From NCBI GenBank assembly GCA_030158725.1, contig JAOASJ010000008.1, forward strand, positions 15,860-79,859: a DNA stretch of 64,000 nt, given 5' to 3'. This document shows, in pieces, positions 29,856-40,196 of the stretch; position 1 is the first letter of the stretch, and the number at the start of each line of letters is the position of its first letter. The notes below the pieces were generated by a model. That model did no database searches, was not told the origin of the DNA, and saw only the letters and a program-made list of their open reading frames with translations. The position numbers were made by a program, and so were the translations under genes. This DNA is from Bacteroidia bacterium. GTDB taxonomy: Bacteria > Bacteroidota > Bacteroidia > NS11-12g > UBA955.

Positions 29856-31641
29856 TGAAATGCAGGTAAACAGATTTTGCCAATTTAGCGCCTATAATTT
29901 TAGTCAAGTCCTCTTCTGTAGCCTCTTTAATTTTTTTCACCGATTTAAAAGCAGACAAAAGCAATTGGCTGGTTTTCTCCCCTACGCCATCTATTTCGGT
30001 CAGACTGGTAATGGTAAAACCTTTGCTTCTTCTATTTCTATGGTGGGTGATACCAAAACGGTGGGCTTCATCACGCATTTGTTGAATGACTTTAAGTGTC
30101 TCCGATTTTTTATCCAAATACAAAGGCAAAGAATCGTTGGGATAATACAGTTCCTCCAATCTTTTAGCGATGCCTATTACAGGAACTTTCCCATATATAC
30201 CCATAGCCCTAAAGGCTTCGACGGCTGAACTTAATTGACCTTTACCGCCATCGACAACCACCAAATCAGGCAAGGGTGAATTTTCTTGAAGCAAACGGGT
30301 ATAACGGCGGGTAAGCACCTCAATCATGCTCGCAAAGTCATTAGGCCCCTCAACTGTTTTAATGTTAAAATGTCTGTAGTCGCTTTTACTCGGTCTTCCG
30401 TTTTTAAAGACCACACAAGCAGACACCGGATTGGTTCCTTGAATATTTGAGTTATCAAAACATTCGATATGGCGTGGTAAAGTAGTAAGCCTTAAATCTT
30501 TTTGCATTTGGGTTAGCAAACGGTCAACTTTAAGGGTTGGATCTAATTTATCGGCGGCCAACTGACGTTCTTGTTTCAAATAAAACGCGTTCTTCATACT
30601 CAGGTCGAGCAACTTTTTCTTATCGCCTGAACTTGGCACCGTCATTGGTATTTTGGAATCAATTTCCAATTGTATTGGAACAATAAACTCTTTGCTTTCC
30701 CATTGGTTGGAGTTTTTAAATTGTGCAATGGCATTCAATAAAATCTCCTCATCGCTTTCATCAATTTTCTTTTTGATTTCAAGGTTTTGAGATTGTATAA
30801 TCATACCATCAACGACCCTTAAATAATTGATAAAAGCAGAGCTACTTGAACTCACTATACCAAATACATCGACATTGTTTATGCTGTTGTTAACGACGGT
30901 CGATTTGGATTGATACGATTCAAGTGACAGAAGTTTTTCTTTATACTCTTGCGCCTCTTCGAAGGCCAAACGGGAAACAGCATCTTCAATTTGTGTTTTT
31001 ATGTGTCGCTTAACTTCGGCCAAATTTCCACGTAAAATATGCTTGATATTTGAAATGGTTTGCTTGTAAGACTCTTCTGTTTGGAAGCCTTGACAAGGGC
31101 CTTTGCAATTTCCAATTTGGTATTCAAGACAAACTTTAAAATTCCCATTTGCAATATTCTTAGCATTCAAATTCAAGTTGCAATTCCTTGTTGGATAAAG
31201 CTTTTGCGTTAACTCAAGTATGGTATGCATCATCTTTCCGCTGGCATAGGGACCGAAATATTCACTACCATCTTTTACAGGATTTCTAACAGGATATACT
31301 TTGGGAAAGGCTTCTTTGGTAATTTTAATTAATGGGTAAGACTTATCATCTTTTAAATTGATGTTATACCTTGGTTGAAGCTCTTTGATTAAAGTATTCT
31401 CAAGCAACAAAGCATCAAATTCCGTGTCAACAATGGTGTACTGAATGTTGCGGATTTTAGAAACCAGAACATTGGTTTTGTTGTTGTCGTGCTTTTTTAC
31501 AAAGTAAGAATTAACACGCTTCTTTAGGTTTTTAGCTTTTCCAACATAAATGATCTCCTCTTTTTCATCAAAATACTTATAAACCCCCGGTTGTTCAGGC
31601 AGGTTTGAAATAATTTGCTTGATGTTAATTTGATCGCCCAT
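29842..31641 (-). CDS. uvrC: Excinuclease ABC subunit C
   Basis: PGVY..YVGKAKNL GIY-YIG, ECFDNSN, DGGKGQ, RDEAHRF, HhH. Confidence 0.97.
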   Translation of the reverse strand: MGDQINIKQIISNLPEQPGVYKYFDEKEEIIYVGKAKNLKKRVNSYFVKKHDNNKTNVLVSKIRNIQYTIVDTEFDALLLENTLIKELQPRYNINLKDDKSYPLIKITKEAFPKVYPVRNPVKDGSEYFGPYASGKMMHTILELTQKLYPTRNCNLNLNAKNIANGNFKVCLEYQIGNCKGPCQGFQTEESYKQTISNIKHILRGNLAEVKRHIKTQIEDAVSRLAFEEAQEYKEKLLSLESYQSKSTVVNNSINNVDVFGIVSSSSSAFINYLRVVDGMIIQSQNLEIKKKIDESDEEILLNAIAQFKNSNQWESKEFIVPIQLEIDSKIPMTVPSSGDKKKLLDLSMKNAFYLKQERQLAADKLDPTLKVDRLLTQMQKDLRLTTLPRHIECFDNSNIQGTNPVSACVVFKNGRPSKSDYRHFNIKTVEGPNDFASMIEVLTRRYTRLLQENSPLPDLVVVDGGKGQLSSAVEAFRAMGIYGKVPVIGIAKRLEELYYPNDSLPLYLDKKSETLKVIQQMRDEAHRFGITHHRNRRSKGFTITSLTEIDGVGEKTSQLLLSAFKSVKKIKEATEEDLTKIIGAKLAKSVYLHFNEDN

Positions 31642-31688
31642 TGAAGGCTCAAAGATATAGATAAGAAATGAAAAGGAAATTCAGAATC

Positions 31689-32660
31689 TTAAGGATTCAC
31701 TGCCTTTTTCTTCTCTTGTTTTTTGAAATACTTTTTAAGCAAGAAACTAGACTTTAAGGCATCCAAATTTTCGTTCAAACCTTTGCTGCTATGCCTTACA
31801 TTAATCATTGATTGTTTTAAATCTGCGGCAAACAAAGTATCCATAAACAATGCTCCGATTGACCCTTCCCCTTTTCGAACATGGCTTGTAATGAATTTTA
31901 AGTCACCCGAAATCTGCGCCATAGTATCGGAGATGTAATGAATTTTCACAATAGTCTGTTTTAGTTGATTGGACATCACCGTATCTGTAATTAGAGCGCC
32001 TAAAGTGCCTTTACCATTTTTAATCGAAGCTATAATTTCACTCAAGTCGCCTGTTATAATGGCTGATTTTTCGCCAGTCTTGCGAATGCTCACAATAGCC
32101 GATTTTAAATTATCACTGATGCTCGGATCCATTAACAAGGTCCATAGTGTATTAGAATTATTAATTCTTTCAGTAATAATCCTCAAATTCCTAGCAATGG
32201 TAGACACATCGTCATTGGTTTGCCCAAGCGTCCTCATCATTCCTTCGGTTTCAATTGGCTGTATGGACACCAAAACGTCTCCATCTTCAATACATGCTGA
32301 CTTCAAGTGGGCCGAATTGATATTGACCAATTTATTTCCCATTAAGCCATCAGAACCTATGCTAGCAATGGCATTTTTGTAAATGTAATTAACAGAACCT
32401 TCTTCAATCAACATGGTTACCAAAACTGAAGAATCTGATTGTATCTCAACCTTCTCAACGGTACCAACATCAATGCCCGCAAAACGCACATTGTTGCCTG
32501 GCATAAGGCCGTCTACCGTATGAAAAACGGCGTTAACCTTAATGGTTGAAGAAAAAAGACTTTGCTTGGCGCCTATGAAATACATGGCCACGATTAAAAA
32601 AATGGTGCCAACCAATACAAAAATGCCGAGTCTAATATTTTTACTGTTATCGTTTCCCAT
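31689..32660 (-). CDS. mlaD: MCE/MlaD family substrate-binding protein
   Basis: N-terminal TM, GLMPGNNVRFAGIDVG, GLMGNKLV. Confidence 0.85.
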   Translation of the reverse strand: MGNDNSKNIRLGIFVLVGTIFLIVAMYFIGAKQSLFSSTIKVNAVFHTVDGLMPGNNVRFAGIDVGTVEKVEIQSDSSVLVTMLIEEGSVNYIYKNAIASIGSDGLMGNKLVNINSAHLKSACIEDGDVLVSIQPIETEGMMRTLGQTNDDVSTIARNLRIITERINNSNTLWTLLMDPSISDNLKSAIVSIRKTGEKSAIITGDLSEIIASIKNGKGTLGALITDTVMSNQLKQTIVKIHYISDTMAQISGDLKFITSHVRKGEGSIGALFMDTLFAADLKQSMINVRHSSKGLNENLDALKSSFLLKKYFKKQEKKKAVNP

Positions 32661-32662
32661 AA

Positions 32663-33415
32663 TTATTCAAAAAAATCAAGAACCTTTTGGTCGCCACAAG
32701 TGGACAAACTGCTGTAATCGCCTTCCATATAAGCCCTGCCATCTATCAACATCACGATTCTATTGGCTACAGCTTTTACACAATGCATGTCGTGAGAAAT
32801 TATAATAGACGATGTTTTATAATCCCTTTGGATTTTGACAATCAAATCGTCTATTTCCCGTCCAGTAATTGGGTCCAAACCAGTAGTAGGCTCGTCGTAC
32901 AAAATAATTTCAGGTTTCAGAATCAAAGTACGCGCAATGGCTATTCTCTTCTTCATCCCACCAGACAATTCAGAAGGCATCATTTTCTCAGTATGAGGCA
33001 GACCAACACTTTCTAAAGCCTCTTTAACTGCAGCATCAACTTCTTTGTTGCTCATATCTTTCCCATGCCTCCTAAGCGGAAATTCTAAATTTTCACGCAC
33101 GGTCATTGAATCGTATAAGGCATTGCTTTGAAACAGAAATCCCATGCGCATACGCAAGGCATCTAGGGCATCTGAATTCAAATCGGAGATATTATAATCT
33201 AATACATTAATCTTTCCTGAATCGGCTGCTAGAAGCCCGATGATACATTTTATAAACACTGACTTCCCTGAACCTGACTTACCCAGGACTACTGCGTTCT
33301 CGCCACGCTTTAGCTTGAAATTAAAATGATTTAAAACCGTATTCGTCCCAAACGATTTGCACAAATCATTGACTTCAATAACATTTTCAATATTTAGTTT
33401 TTGATTAATCTCCAT
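32663..33415 (-). CDS. mlaF: ABC transporter ATP-binding protein (MlaF type)
   Basis: GKSGSGKS, LSGGMKKR, YDEPTTGLDP. Confidence 0.9.
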   Translation of the reverse strand: MEINQKLNIENVIEVNDLCKSFGTNTVLNHFNFKLKRGENAVVLGKSGSGKSVFIKCIIGLLAADSGKINVLDYNISDLNSDALDALRMRMGFLFQSNALYDSMTVRENLEFPLRRHGKDMSNKEVDAAVKEALESVGLPHTEKMMPSELSGGMKKRIAIARTLILKPEIILYDEPTTGLDPITGREIDDLIVKIQRDYKTSSIIISHDMHCVKAVANRIVMLIDGRAYMEGDYSSLSTCGDQKVLDFFE

Positions 33416-34182
33416 TAGGTTAATCCCATTAAATCGGCCAATTGAACCGCAATTAAATCAATTACAAAAACCATTAAAGAAGAGAGCACAACCGCTGAGT
33501 TTGCCGATTGTCCAACACCTTCCGTTCCCTTGCTAGAATTAAATCCTTTGTAACACCCAATAATTCCAATGGCAAAACCAAAGAAGTACGTCTTTACAAA
33601 AGCAGGCATAGCATCACTATAGGTTAAAGCATCGAACACTTGGGTCCAATACAATTGCCAACTAACAACGCCTTTAATGTTGGTACCCAAATAAGCGCCA
33701 TACAAAGAAATCGCTGCCGCAATAACGGCCAACACCGGTATCATTAAACTAGTAGCCAGAACGCGGGTAACCACTAAATATTTGAAAGGATTGGTTCCTG
33801 ATACTTCCATGGCATCAATCTGCTCAGTTACCTTCATTGATCCAAGTTCTGCCCCTATACTTGAGCCAATTTTTCCAGCACAAATAAGGGCTGTAATTAC
33901 TGGAACAATTTCGCGAATCAAGGACACGGAAACCATTTTTGGCAACCATGCTTCTGCACCAAATTCGACCAAGGTTGGACGCGATTGTATGGTGAGTACA
34001 AGTCCCATAATAAAAGCGGTTAGACCGACAAGACCTAATGATTTGTAACCAATAAAATAGGATTGTCGCAACAATTCCTTCCATTCTTGTTTAGGCTTAA
34101 ACAAAGCACTAAAAAAGCGTGAAGCAAAACGGACGATTTCGCCAGCTTCTATCAAAAAAGCTTTTACTGATAGATTTGCCAT
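33415..34182 (-). CDS. mlaE: ABC transporter permease (MlaE type)
   Basis: REIVPV, AELGSMKVTEQIDAM, GTEGVG. Confidence 0.9.
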   Translation of the reverse strand: MANLSVKAFLIEAGEIVRFASRFFSALFKPKQEWKELLRQSYFIGYKSLGLVGLTAFIMGLVLTIQSRPTLVEFGAEAWLPKMVSVSLIREIVPVITALICAGKIGSSIGAELGSMKVTEQIDAMEVSGTNPFKYLVVTRVLATSLMIPVLAVIAAAISLYGAYLGTNIKGVVSWQLYWTQVFDALTYSDAMPAFVKTYFFGFAIGIIGCYKGFNSSKGTEGVGQSANSAVVLSSLMVFVIDLIAVQLADLMGLT

Positions 34183-34280
34183 TACAGGCGAATTTAGTGC
34201 TTATTATTGAAATTCAATCCTATAAGTTTACGAAATAAACATGATTCATCTCAATATTACCTTGAGGTGGTGTTTTTTGG

Positions 34281-34424
34281 CCGCCTTAACTTGCTTTCCG
34301 CTATAGGCCCTGTCTTTGTGGCCTTATTTCGCTAGGCGTATATTGGCTTGCTACCGGTCGCCCCTATACACCTGCAAAATCTTAGCCCACAAATACAGTG
34401 CGCTGCCGCTGCAATCAAGGGCGG
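34281..34424 (+). ncRNA. Flavo-1-like structured RNA / repeat element
   Basis: GC-rich island. Terminal IR CCGCCTT/AAGGGCGG, internal-loop motifs GCTTTCCGCTATAGG and GCGCTGCCGCTGCAATC, long stem CTGTCTTTGTGG/CCACAAATACAG. Family match is from memory only. Confidence 0.55.
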
Positions 34425-34484
34425 AGTTCCGTAAAGCTAGATCGACACGCAATCTAGAAAACTAAAACATGAAACTATTAAAGA

Positions 34485-36014
34485 TTAGTGTTTAAAATGG
34501 CGAATGCCAGTCAATACCATGGCTTGGCCATTTTTATTGGCTGCATCAATACTCTCTTGGTCTTTAATGCTACCGCCTGGTTGAGCGATTGCAATAACAC
34601 CAGCTTGATGAGAAATATCTACGCAATCAGGGAAAGGGAAAAATGCTTCTGAAGCCATCACAGCACCTTTGGTATCAAAACCAAAAGCAATTGATTTTTT
34701 CACCGCCGATTCTAATGCATCAATTCTAGAAGTTTGACCACAACCCATACCGATTAACTGCTTGTTTTTTACCAAGGCAATACCATTCGATTTAAGGTGT
34801 TTTACTGCTTTAATAGCAAATTCCAAATCGCTTAACTGCTCTGCAGTCATTTGCTTTTCAGTAACCACTTTGAAATCATTGGCTGATTCTGAACTCCAAT
34901 CAACTTGTTGTTCAAGTACACCATTCAACAAACTCTTAAACATGGTTTTATTGTTCACTGCCTTTTTAAGACGGATAATAATTCTATTTTTCTTTTGTTT
35001 AAGCACAGCCAAAGCTTCTTCAGTGTATGAAGGCGCACTTAGGACTTCGAAAAACAAATTGTTGATTTCATTTGCTGTTTCTAAATCTACTTCACGGTTA
35101 CAAGCCAAAACACCACCAAATGCAGATGTTGTATCACAAGCATAAGCTGCTTTGTACGCTTCTAAAAGAGTGGCTCTACTTGCTAAACCGCAAGAATTGG
35201 TGTGCTTTATAATTGCAAAACTAGGTTCTGAAAATTCAGCGATTAAATTTAATGAAGCCTCAACATCCACTAGATTGTTGTAAGACAATTCTCTTCCATT
35301 AAGAATTTCAAAAACTTCGTTTAAATCGCCATGAAAAGTACCAGATTGGTGAGGGTTTTCACCATAACGCAAGGCTTTAGAATCCATTACACTGTGTTTA
35401 AATGCAGGCAATGCTAAGTCTTGGTTGAAGTAATTAAATATAGCAGTATCGTAATGAGAAGAATTCATAAATGCTTTAGCTGCAAAAAGTTTACGGTCGC
35501 TAAGTTCTGTTGAACCACTTTTTTCTACTAAAAGATTTAACAAATCTTGGTATTGATTTCTATTAGAAACGATTAAGGTATCATTGAAATTTTTTGCCGC
35601 AGCGCGTATCAATGAAATACCGCCAATGTCTATCTTCTCTATAATTTCAGCTTCATCGTTGCTGTTTTTAACCGTATCTTCAAATGGATACAAATCAACT
35701 ATGACTAAATCGATTAAACTAATGCCATGTTGGCTTAGTTCCTGCATGTCCTTTGAGTTGTCTCTGCGGGCTAAAATACCACCAAAAATACTTGGGTGAA
35801 GTGTTTTCACACGGCCATCTAAAATTTCTGGGAAACCGGTGTATGCTTCAACTGCATTAACGGGCAAACCTAAATCTTGGATAAAACTTAAGGTACCTCC
35901 TGTTGAATAAATATGAACGCCCAATTGGCATAATTGTCTTACAATTGGTTCTAAATTGTCTTTATGGTAGACAGAAATTAAAGCAGATTTGATTGTTTTT
36001 GATTGGCTTTGCAT
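34485..36014 (-). CDS. purH: Bifunctional AICAR formyltransferase/IMP cyclohydrolase
   Basis: ALISV, STGGT, GRVKTLHP, IDIGG, LRYGENPHQ, QPGGS, RHFKH. Confidence 0.97.
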   Translation of the reverse strand: MQSQSKTIKSALISVYHKDNLEPIVRQLCQLGVHIYSTGGTLSFIQDLGLPVNAVEAYTGFPEILDGRVKTLHPSIFGGILARRDNSKDMQELSQHGISLIDLVIVDLYPFEDTVKNSNDEAEIIEKIDIGGISLIRAAAKNFNDTLIVSNRNQYQDLLNLLVEKSGSTELSDRKLFAAKAFMNSSHYDTAIFNYFNQDLALPAFKHSVMDSKALRYGENPHQSGTFHGDLNEVFEILNGRELSYNNLVDVEASLNLIAEFSEPSFAIIKHTNSCGLASRATLLEAYKAAYACDTTSAFGGVLACNREVDLETANEINNLFFEVLSAPSYTEEALAVLKQKKNRIIIRLKKAVNNKTMFKSLLNGVLEQQVDWSSESANDFKVVTEKQMTAEQLSDLEFAIKAVKHLKSNGIALVKNKQLIGMGCGQTSRIDALESAVKKSIAFGFDTKGAVMASEAFFPFPDCVDISHQAGVIAIAQPGGSIKDQESIDAANKNGQAMVLTGIRHFKH

Positions 36015-36044
36015 TGCGCCGCAAAGGTACGATTTTTATCCTCT

Positions 36045-36081
36045 TTTATTGTCTACCAATTTTACACAAATAGACAATAAA
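36045..36081. repeat. Perfect 11-bp inverted repeat (operator or terminator-like)
   Basis: TTTATTGTCTA-N15-TAGACAATAAA between the Omp28 gene stop and the purH promoter. Confidence 0.5.
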
Positions 36082-36088
36082 TTAAATC

Positions 36089-38278
36089 CTATTGCAAGAC
36101 AAGCGATTTTACTATGACTTTGTCATTTAAAACCAGTTTAACCGTATACAAACCCGTTGCATAAGCGTGGGTGTTTAGTATAATATTATTTTGACCAGCA
36201 GAACAATCTTGGGTCAAGGTTTGCATCAACTGACCATTAACAGAATACAGTTCTATTTTTACAGCCGTTGCTGATTTTAAATTCACTTGAACCGTGCATT
36301 GATCCTTGGCTGGATTTGGGTAAAGTGACAAAGCATCACCAAGAGCATTTACTTGCTTAACGGATACCAAATCCCATAAAGGCACACTGGCTGCATTGAC
36401 AATTGGTCGATTAAAAACATCGTTGTCGTCATACTCTTCTACAAACCCAATTAGATTGATGTTTGCAGGAATATGTATGCCTTCATTTTGTCCTATGGCG
36501 TCAATTGTACTGCAGAATTCTGAGTTATAATCGCTGTTATAAGACACAAAAGAAGCAGGTGGCAAGGTATAAGTGAAGTCGGCAAAATATTCTGAATTGG
36601 GCGATACAAGTTGAGGGATCAAATTTGGAACACCCCAAAGACCTGAAGGATTTGCTTTTTGAACATGTTCGTGCCAATACCCATCAATTACAACGCTTTC
36701 ATTATACATTGGGTGAGAAGTACCACCAGCAGCACCGCCTGGATTGTCTTTGCTGTAGTAATTGTTTTGACTCCAAATAAAAGGATTGGCCATTCCACGA
36801 ACTTTATCTTCAGTTACAGCACTGCCTATGCGCATAACGCCATACCAATAATCAACAAACTTAACGCGCACACGGTAAGAGATTACTCTGGTTTGGGGAT
36901 TATAGACTTTGTTTTGAACATAAACTTCAACCGGCGCTTTCACATTCATTCTTGACATTATTTCATCCTTCCAAGTGCTGTTGCTGCCCAACAATACTTT
37001 ACGGTCAATTATAGCATCAGGATAACTGTTTATATATTGACTAAGGAATAAATTGCCGTCATCGTTACTCATGCTGTCATCAAAATGGTAAGAAATTGGA
37101 ATCACCCTTCTTCCATATTGTTTGTAAGCTGAGTTTATGATCAAGTTTGCATCTGGGCAATAGCCACACCAAGCTCCAGTGCCTTCTTCAAGAAGAATAT
37201 TTCTGTCTGCAAGATTGGTGTTAAAGTTTCTTAAAACTGTTTTGGTGTAATGGCTATTAGCGGCCACACCATCGGTATCGTTGTCAGGATTTGACAACCA
37301 AATATTGACATCGTTTAAACTCCCCACTGCCCCACTCAACCAAGAAATTGGATGGTTGAAGGCCATACCACCTTCACCATTGGGCAAAAGATTTTGCTGG
37401 TCAATTAAATATGAAACGGTATCGCCTGCATTAATAGAATAGTTGACAGTATAAGAACGCACAGTGTTTTTCCCCCAGTTGGCCATTTTACCTTTAAAGT
37501 TCACAACAGAATTAAAAGGATATACTTTTTCTACTTTAATGTCTTTAAAGGCTAGGTCGTATTTCGATTGTGTACCATAATGAAATTGGTAAACAATAAA
37601 ATCATTTATATTAAACGAGAATTGGTAAGGCAAAAAAACCAAAGAATCTTTGAATAAAGTCTTAGAGGTATTTCCCGCAGATGCACAACCAATACTACCT
37701 TTAGACAGTTTGTTTCCATAAGGAGAATATACCACATCGAAGCGACCTTCAGGGCCTTCATGCAAAATGATGGCAAAGGCAAAGATTGAAGAATTATTTA
37801 TTGGTGGAATAAGGGGATCGTTGGCCAAACTTGCTCCATAGAATTGAATAATATGGCTTCTGTTAGGTGCTTTACCAACAGTATAAGAATACACTTGGGT
37901 TCCAACGCCCTCATTAGGTGCAGGCAATTTTTGCAATTTCAAATCTTTACCGAAAGCCACTATGCTGTTTTCCGGCAAACTGGTATCAGGTATTTCAGAA
38001 GTAGTGGCATTGGTATTAAACGTAATATAACCGTTATCAGAAGCTAAATATTTGGTGTATGGTGTGTTATAAAAGTAAAAGTTAAAAGGAATTTGATCTT
38101 CGACCGAAAGCACTTGGTTTGAAGGCTGGTTAAGCAAAATGGTTTTATCGAAATCATACACTTTATCTAAGTAATAGCCTTGAGGAATTGCCCCATCGTT
38201 TCTTATAGCGAAATAAGACTGTCCATAGCCCGTAACAGCACATATCAATGCAAGAAAGTTTAAACTTAAATTCCTCAT
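36089..38278 (-). CDS. Omp28-related thioredoxin-like (CGYC) protein with T9SS type A CTD
   Basis: LLEEGTGAWCGYCPD, SYP..IDR, H.H motif, LYPNPA CTD; start moved to MRNLSL. Confidence 0.8.
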   Translation of the reverse strand: MRNLSLNFLALICAVTGYGQSYFAIRNDGAIPQGYYLDKVYDFDKTILLNQPSNQVLSVEDQIPFNFYFYNTPYTKYLASDNGYITFNTNATTSEIPDTSLPENSIVAFGKDLKLQKLPAPNEGVGTQVYSYTVGKAPNRSHIIQFYGASLANDPLIPPINNSSIFAFAIILHEGPEGRFDVVYSPYGNKLSKGSIGCASAGNTSKTLFKDSLVFLPYQFSFNINDFIVYQFHYGTQSKYDLAFKDIKVEKVYPFNSVVNFKGKMANWGKNTVRSYTVNYSINAGDTVSYLIDQQNLLPNGEGGMAFNHPISWLSGAVGSLNDVNIWLSNPDNDTDGVAANSHYTKTVLRNFNTNLADRNILLEEGTGAWCGYCPDANLIINSAYKQYGRRVIPISYHFDDSMSNDDGNLFLSQYINSYPDAIIDRKVLLGSNSTWKDEIMSRMNVKAPVEVYVQNKVYNPQTRVISYRVRVKFVDYWYGVMRIGSAVTEDKVRGMANPFIWSQNNYYSKDNPGGAAGGTSHPMYNESVVIDGYWHEHVQKANPSGLWGVPNLIPQLVSPNSEYFADFTYTLPPASFVSYNSDYNSEFCSTIDAIGQNEGIHIPANINLIGFVEEYDDNDVFNRPIVNAASVPLWDLVSVKQVNALGDALSLYPNPAKDQCTVQVNLKSATAVKIELYSVNGQLMQTLTQDCSAGQNNIILNTHAYATGLYTVKLVLNDKVIVKSLVLQ

Positions 38279-38306
38279 TTGAAAACAATAATAACAATAA
38301 AATAGC

Positions 38307-38341
38307 AAAAAAAAAAGTCCTGAATAAATTCAGGACTTTTT
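38307..38341 (-). terminator. Rho-independent terminator
   Basis: A10-GTCCTGAA-taaa-TTCAGGAC-TTTTT. Confidence 0.85.
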
Positions 38342-38360
38342 AAAGTTCTTAAACTTTTAA

Positions 38361-39167
38361 TTAGTTTTTATGTAAGTGAGCATTTACGAAATCCCATTGT
38401 GTACCGTTCTTTTTCCAAAGTAAAGTAGCGAATTCAACGTTAGCCATGTTCCAAGCAGCATCTTTAGTGATGGTGATGGTTTGGTCAAATTGAGTACCAG
38501 CAGAAATAGAACCGTTTGTAACTAGAGTACCCCAGTCACCGTTAGCTGAACGCAATACTTTATGGTGAGAAGCGTTAGCTCCACCGTTAGGACCTGATTG
38601 GTTAGCGATAACTTTATCTTCTAATACGATTACAGAGATATTGTATTCACCTGAAGCAGCTTGGAAGAATTTAGTTCTAGTTTTGAAAACGATGTTGTTT
38701 CCTTCAACTGTGTATGTCAAACCACTGTTAGCAACAACCGCAGCAGCTTTGTGCTCATTGATTTTTGTTTCGATATTGTTGGTCATCGCTTGCAATGTGG
38801 TTGCGTTGGTCCAAGCATCGAAGAAATTAGCTGAGAAAGTTGGGTAACCAGCTTTAACTGGTAAACGTTTGTCCATTGCAGTTGCAGTAGAGTTAATCAA
38901 CAATTGAGCGAATGAGTTTTGGCTGTATGAACCGATACAAACTGCATCAACACCGTGGTGGGCATCAATTAAGCCTGTGAACATTGGCCAACCCCAGTCA
39001 CCGCAATAGTAACAGTTGGTACCAGTGAATTTATTGATAATTGATGTGTTTTTTTCTTCTACAACGATTCCTTGATCAGCTGCAGGCGCGTCAGTAGTCT
39101 TTTTGCAAGACACAAATACAACTGATGCAAAAGCAAAAGCTGTAAATAAGATGGCTAATTTTTTCAT
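38361..39167 (-). CDS. Omp28-family lipoprotein (CYYC)
   Basis: Lipobox FVSC; FTGTNCYYCG, GYPT, LEDKVIANQ, HHKVLR. Confidence 0.8.
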   Translation of the reverse strand: MKKLAILFTAFAFASVVFVSCKKTTDAPAADQGIVVEEKNTSIINKFTGTNCYYCGDWGWPMFTGLIDAHHGVDAVCIGSYSQNSFAQLLINSTATAMDKRLPVKAGYPTFSANFFDAWTNATTLQAMTNNIETKINEHKAAAVVANSGLTYTVEGNNIVFKTRTKFFQAASGEYNISVIVLEDKVIANQSGPNGGANASHHKVLRSANGDWGTLVTNGSISAGTQFDQTITITKDAAWNMANVEFATLLWKKNGTQWDFVNAHLHKN

Positions 39168-39214
39168 TTTATATTTCTTAATTGAAGCAAATGTATGAAA
39201 TAATTATTAAAAAC

Positions 39215-39246
39215 AAAAAAGTCCCGAATATAAATTCGGGACTTTT
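39215..39246 (-). terminator. Rho-independent terminator
   Basis: AAAAAAGTCCCGAAT-ataa-ATTCGGGACTTTT. Confidence 0.85.
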
Positions 39247-39274
39247 ACAATATTTTTACAATTCAAATTATAAG

Positions 39275-40153
39275 TTATTGAACGTCAACTTCAATTGCAT
39301 TCAATACATTGGTTTGACCTTGTGCAACGAATGCCACAACTTTTAAATTATCGATAACAACAGCTCCACCACCTTCAACAGTTGTTCCATGGTAATCAGC
39401 TGGAACTGTATATTTAAATGTCTTACTTACTTTTGTTCCTACAGCTTTAGATCCTGCAATTACTTCACCCCATTGTCCAGTGATAAAATCTCTTACAACG
39501 TGGTTTTGTTCGTAGTTGTTAGCATCTGGAGTACCTCCAATTTGTTTTGAGAATAGGTGGTCTTGCAACAAAACAACGTTTAAATTATTTTGAGCAGTTT
39601 CTTCAGAAGTGTAGTATAAATCAACATTTACAGTTAAAACTCTACTACTTGGATCAAAGGTTGCTTTTGCACCTAAGTTAACTGGAGCTGACATCGCAAT
39701 AACTTTACTTGCTGCTGTTGCCCATGAACCTCTGCTCATTGCATAGCCGCCAGTAATTTGAGGTGTTACTGCAAGATCAGAACACAACATTCTGCTCATA
39801 GTTCCTGCTGGAAAGCCAGCAACTTTTGCTTGGGTTACCAAAGCACTTCCAAAAGCTGTTGTGAAATTAGCCCAACCTGTAGCTGGTGTAGCATAAGAAC
39901 CGGCATGAACTGCCATGATGATAAACTTACCTGGATTTGCATCTAATACCGCTTTTGCTCTTACGTGACCATCTGGGCAATAAGTACATCTAACACCAGT
40001 AAAGTCTTCAAGAACTGCAACTCTGTTTTGAGGTGTTGTAGGAGCTAAAAATTCAACAGTAGTATCTCCTGTTTTTGTTTCTTCTTTTTTGCAGGCAGTG
40101 AATAACATTGAAAATGCTAAAAACCCCGACAATAAATACGTTATTTTTTTCAT
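39275..40153 (-). CDS. Omp28-family lipoprotein (CTYC)
   Basis: Lipobox FTAC; VLEDFTGVRCTYCPDGH, GFPAG, NHVVR..ITGQWGE; start moved to MKKITY. Confidence 0.85.
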   Translation of the reverse strand: MKKITYLLSGFLAFSMLFTACKKEETKTGDTTVEFLAPTTPQNRVAVLEDFTGVRCTYCPDGHVRAKAVLDANPGKFIIMAVHAGSYATPATGWANFTTAFGSALVTQAKVAGFPAGTMSRMLCSDLAVTPQITGGYAMSRGSWATAASKVIAMSAPVNLGAKATFDPSSRVLTVNVDLYYTSEETAQNNLNVVLLQDHLFSKQIGGTPDANNYEQNHVVRDFITGQWGEVIAGSKAVGTKVSKTFKYTVPADYHGTTVEGGGAVVIDNLKVVAFVAQGQTNVLNAIEVDVQ

Positions 40154-40196
40154 AATGATTAATTGATAGATTGAGCAAATATAAGAAAATTGAAAT

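Noticed and set aside
34281-34424. tRNA or purine-related riboswitch
   Set aside because: No cloverleaf or T-loop; lies downstream of purH and upstream of the mlaE promoter
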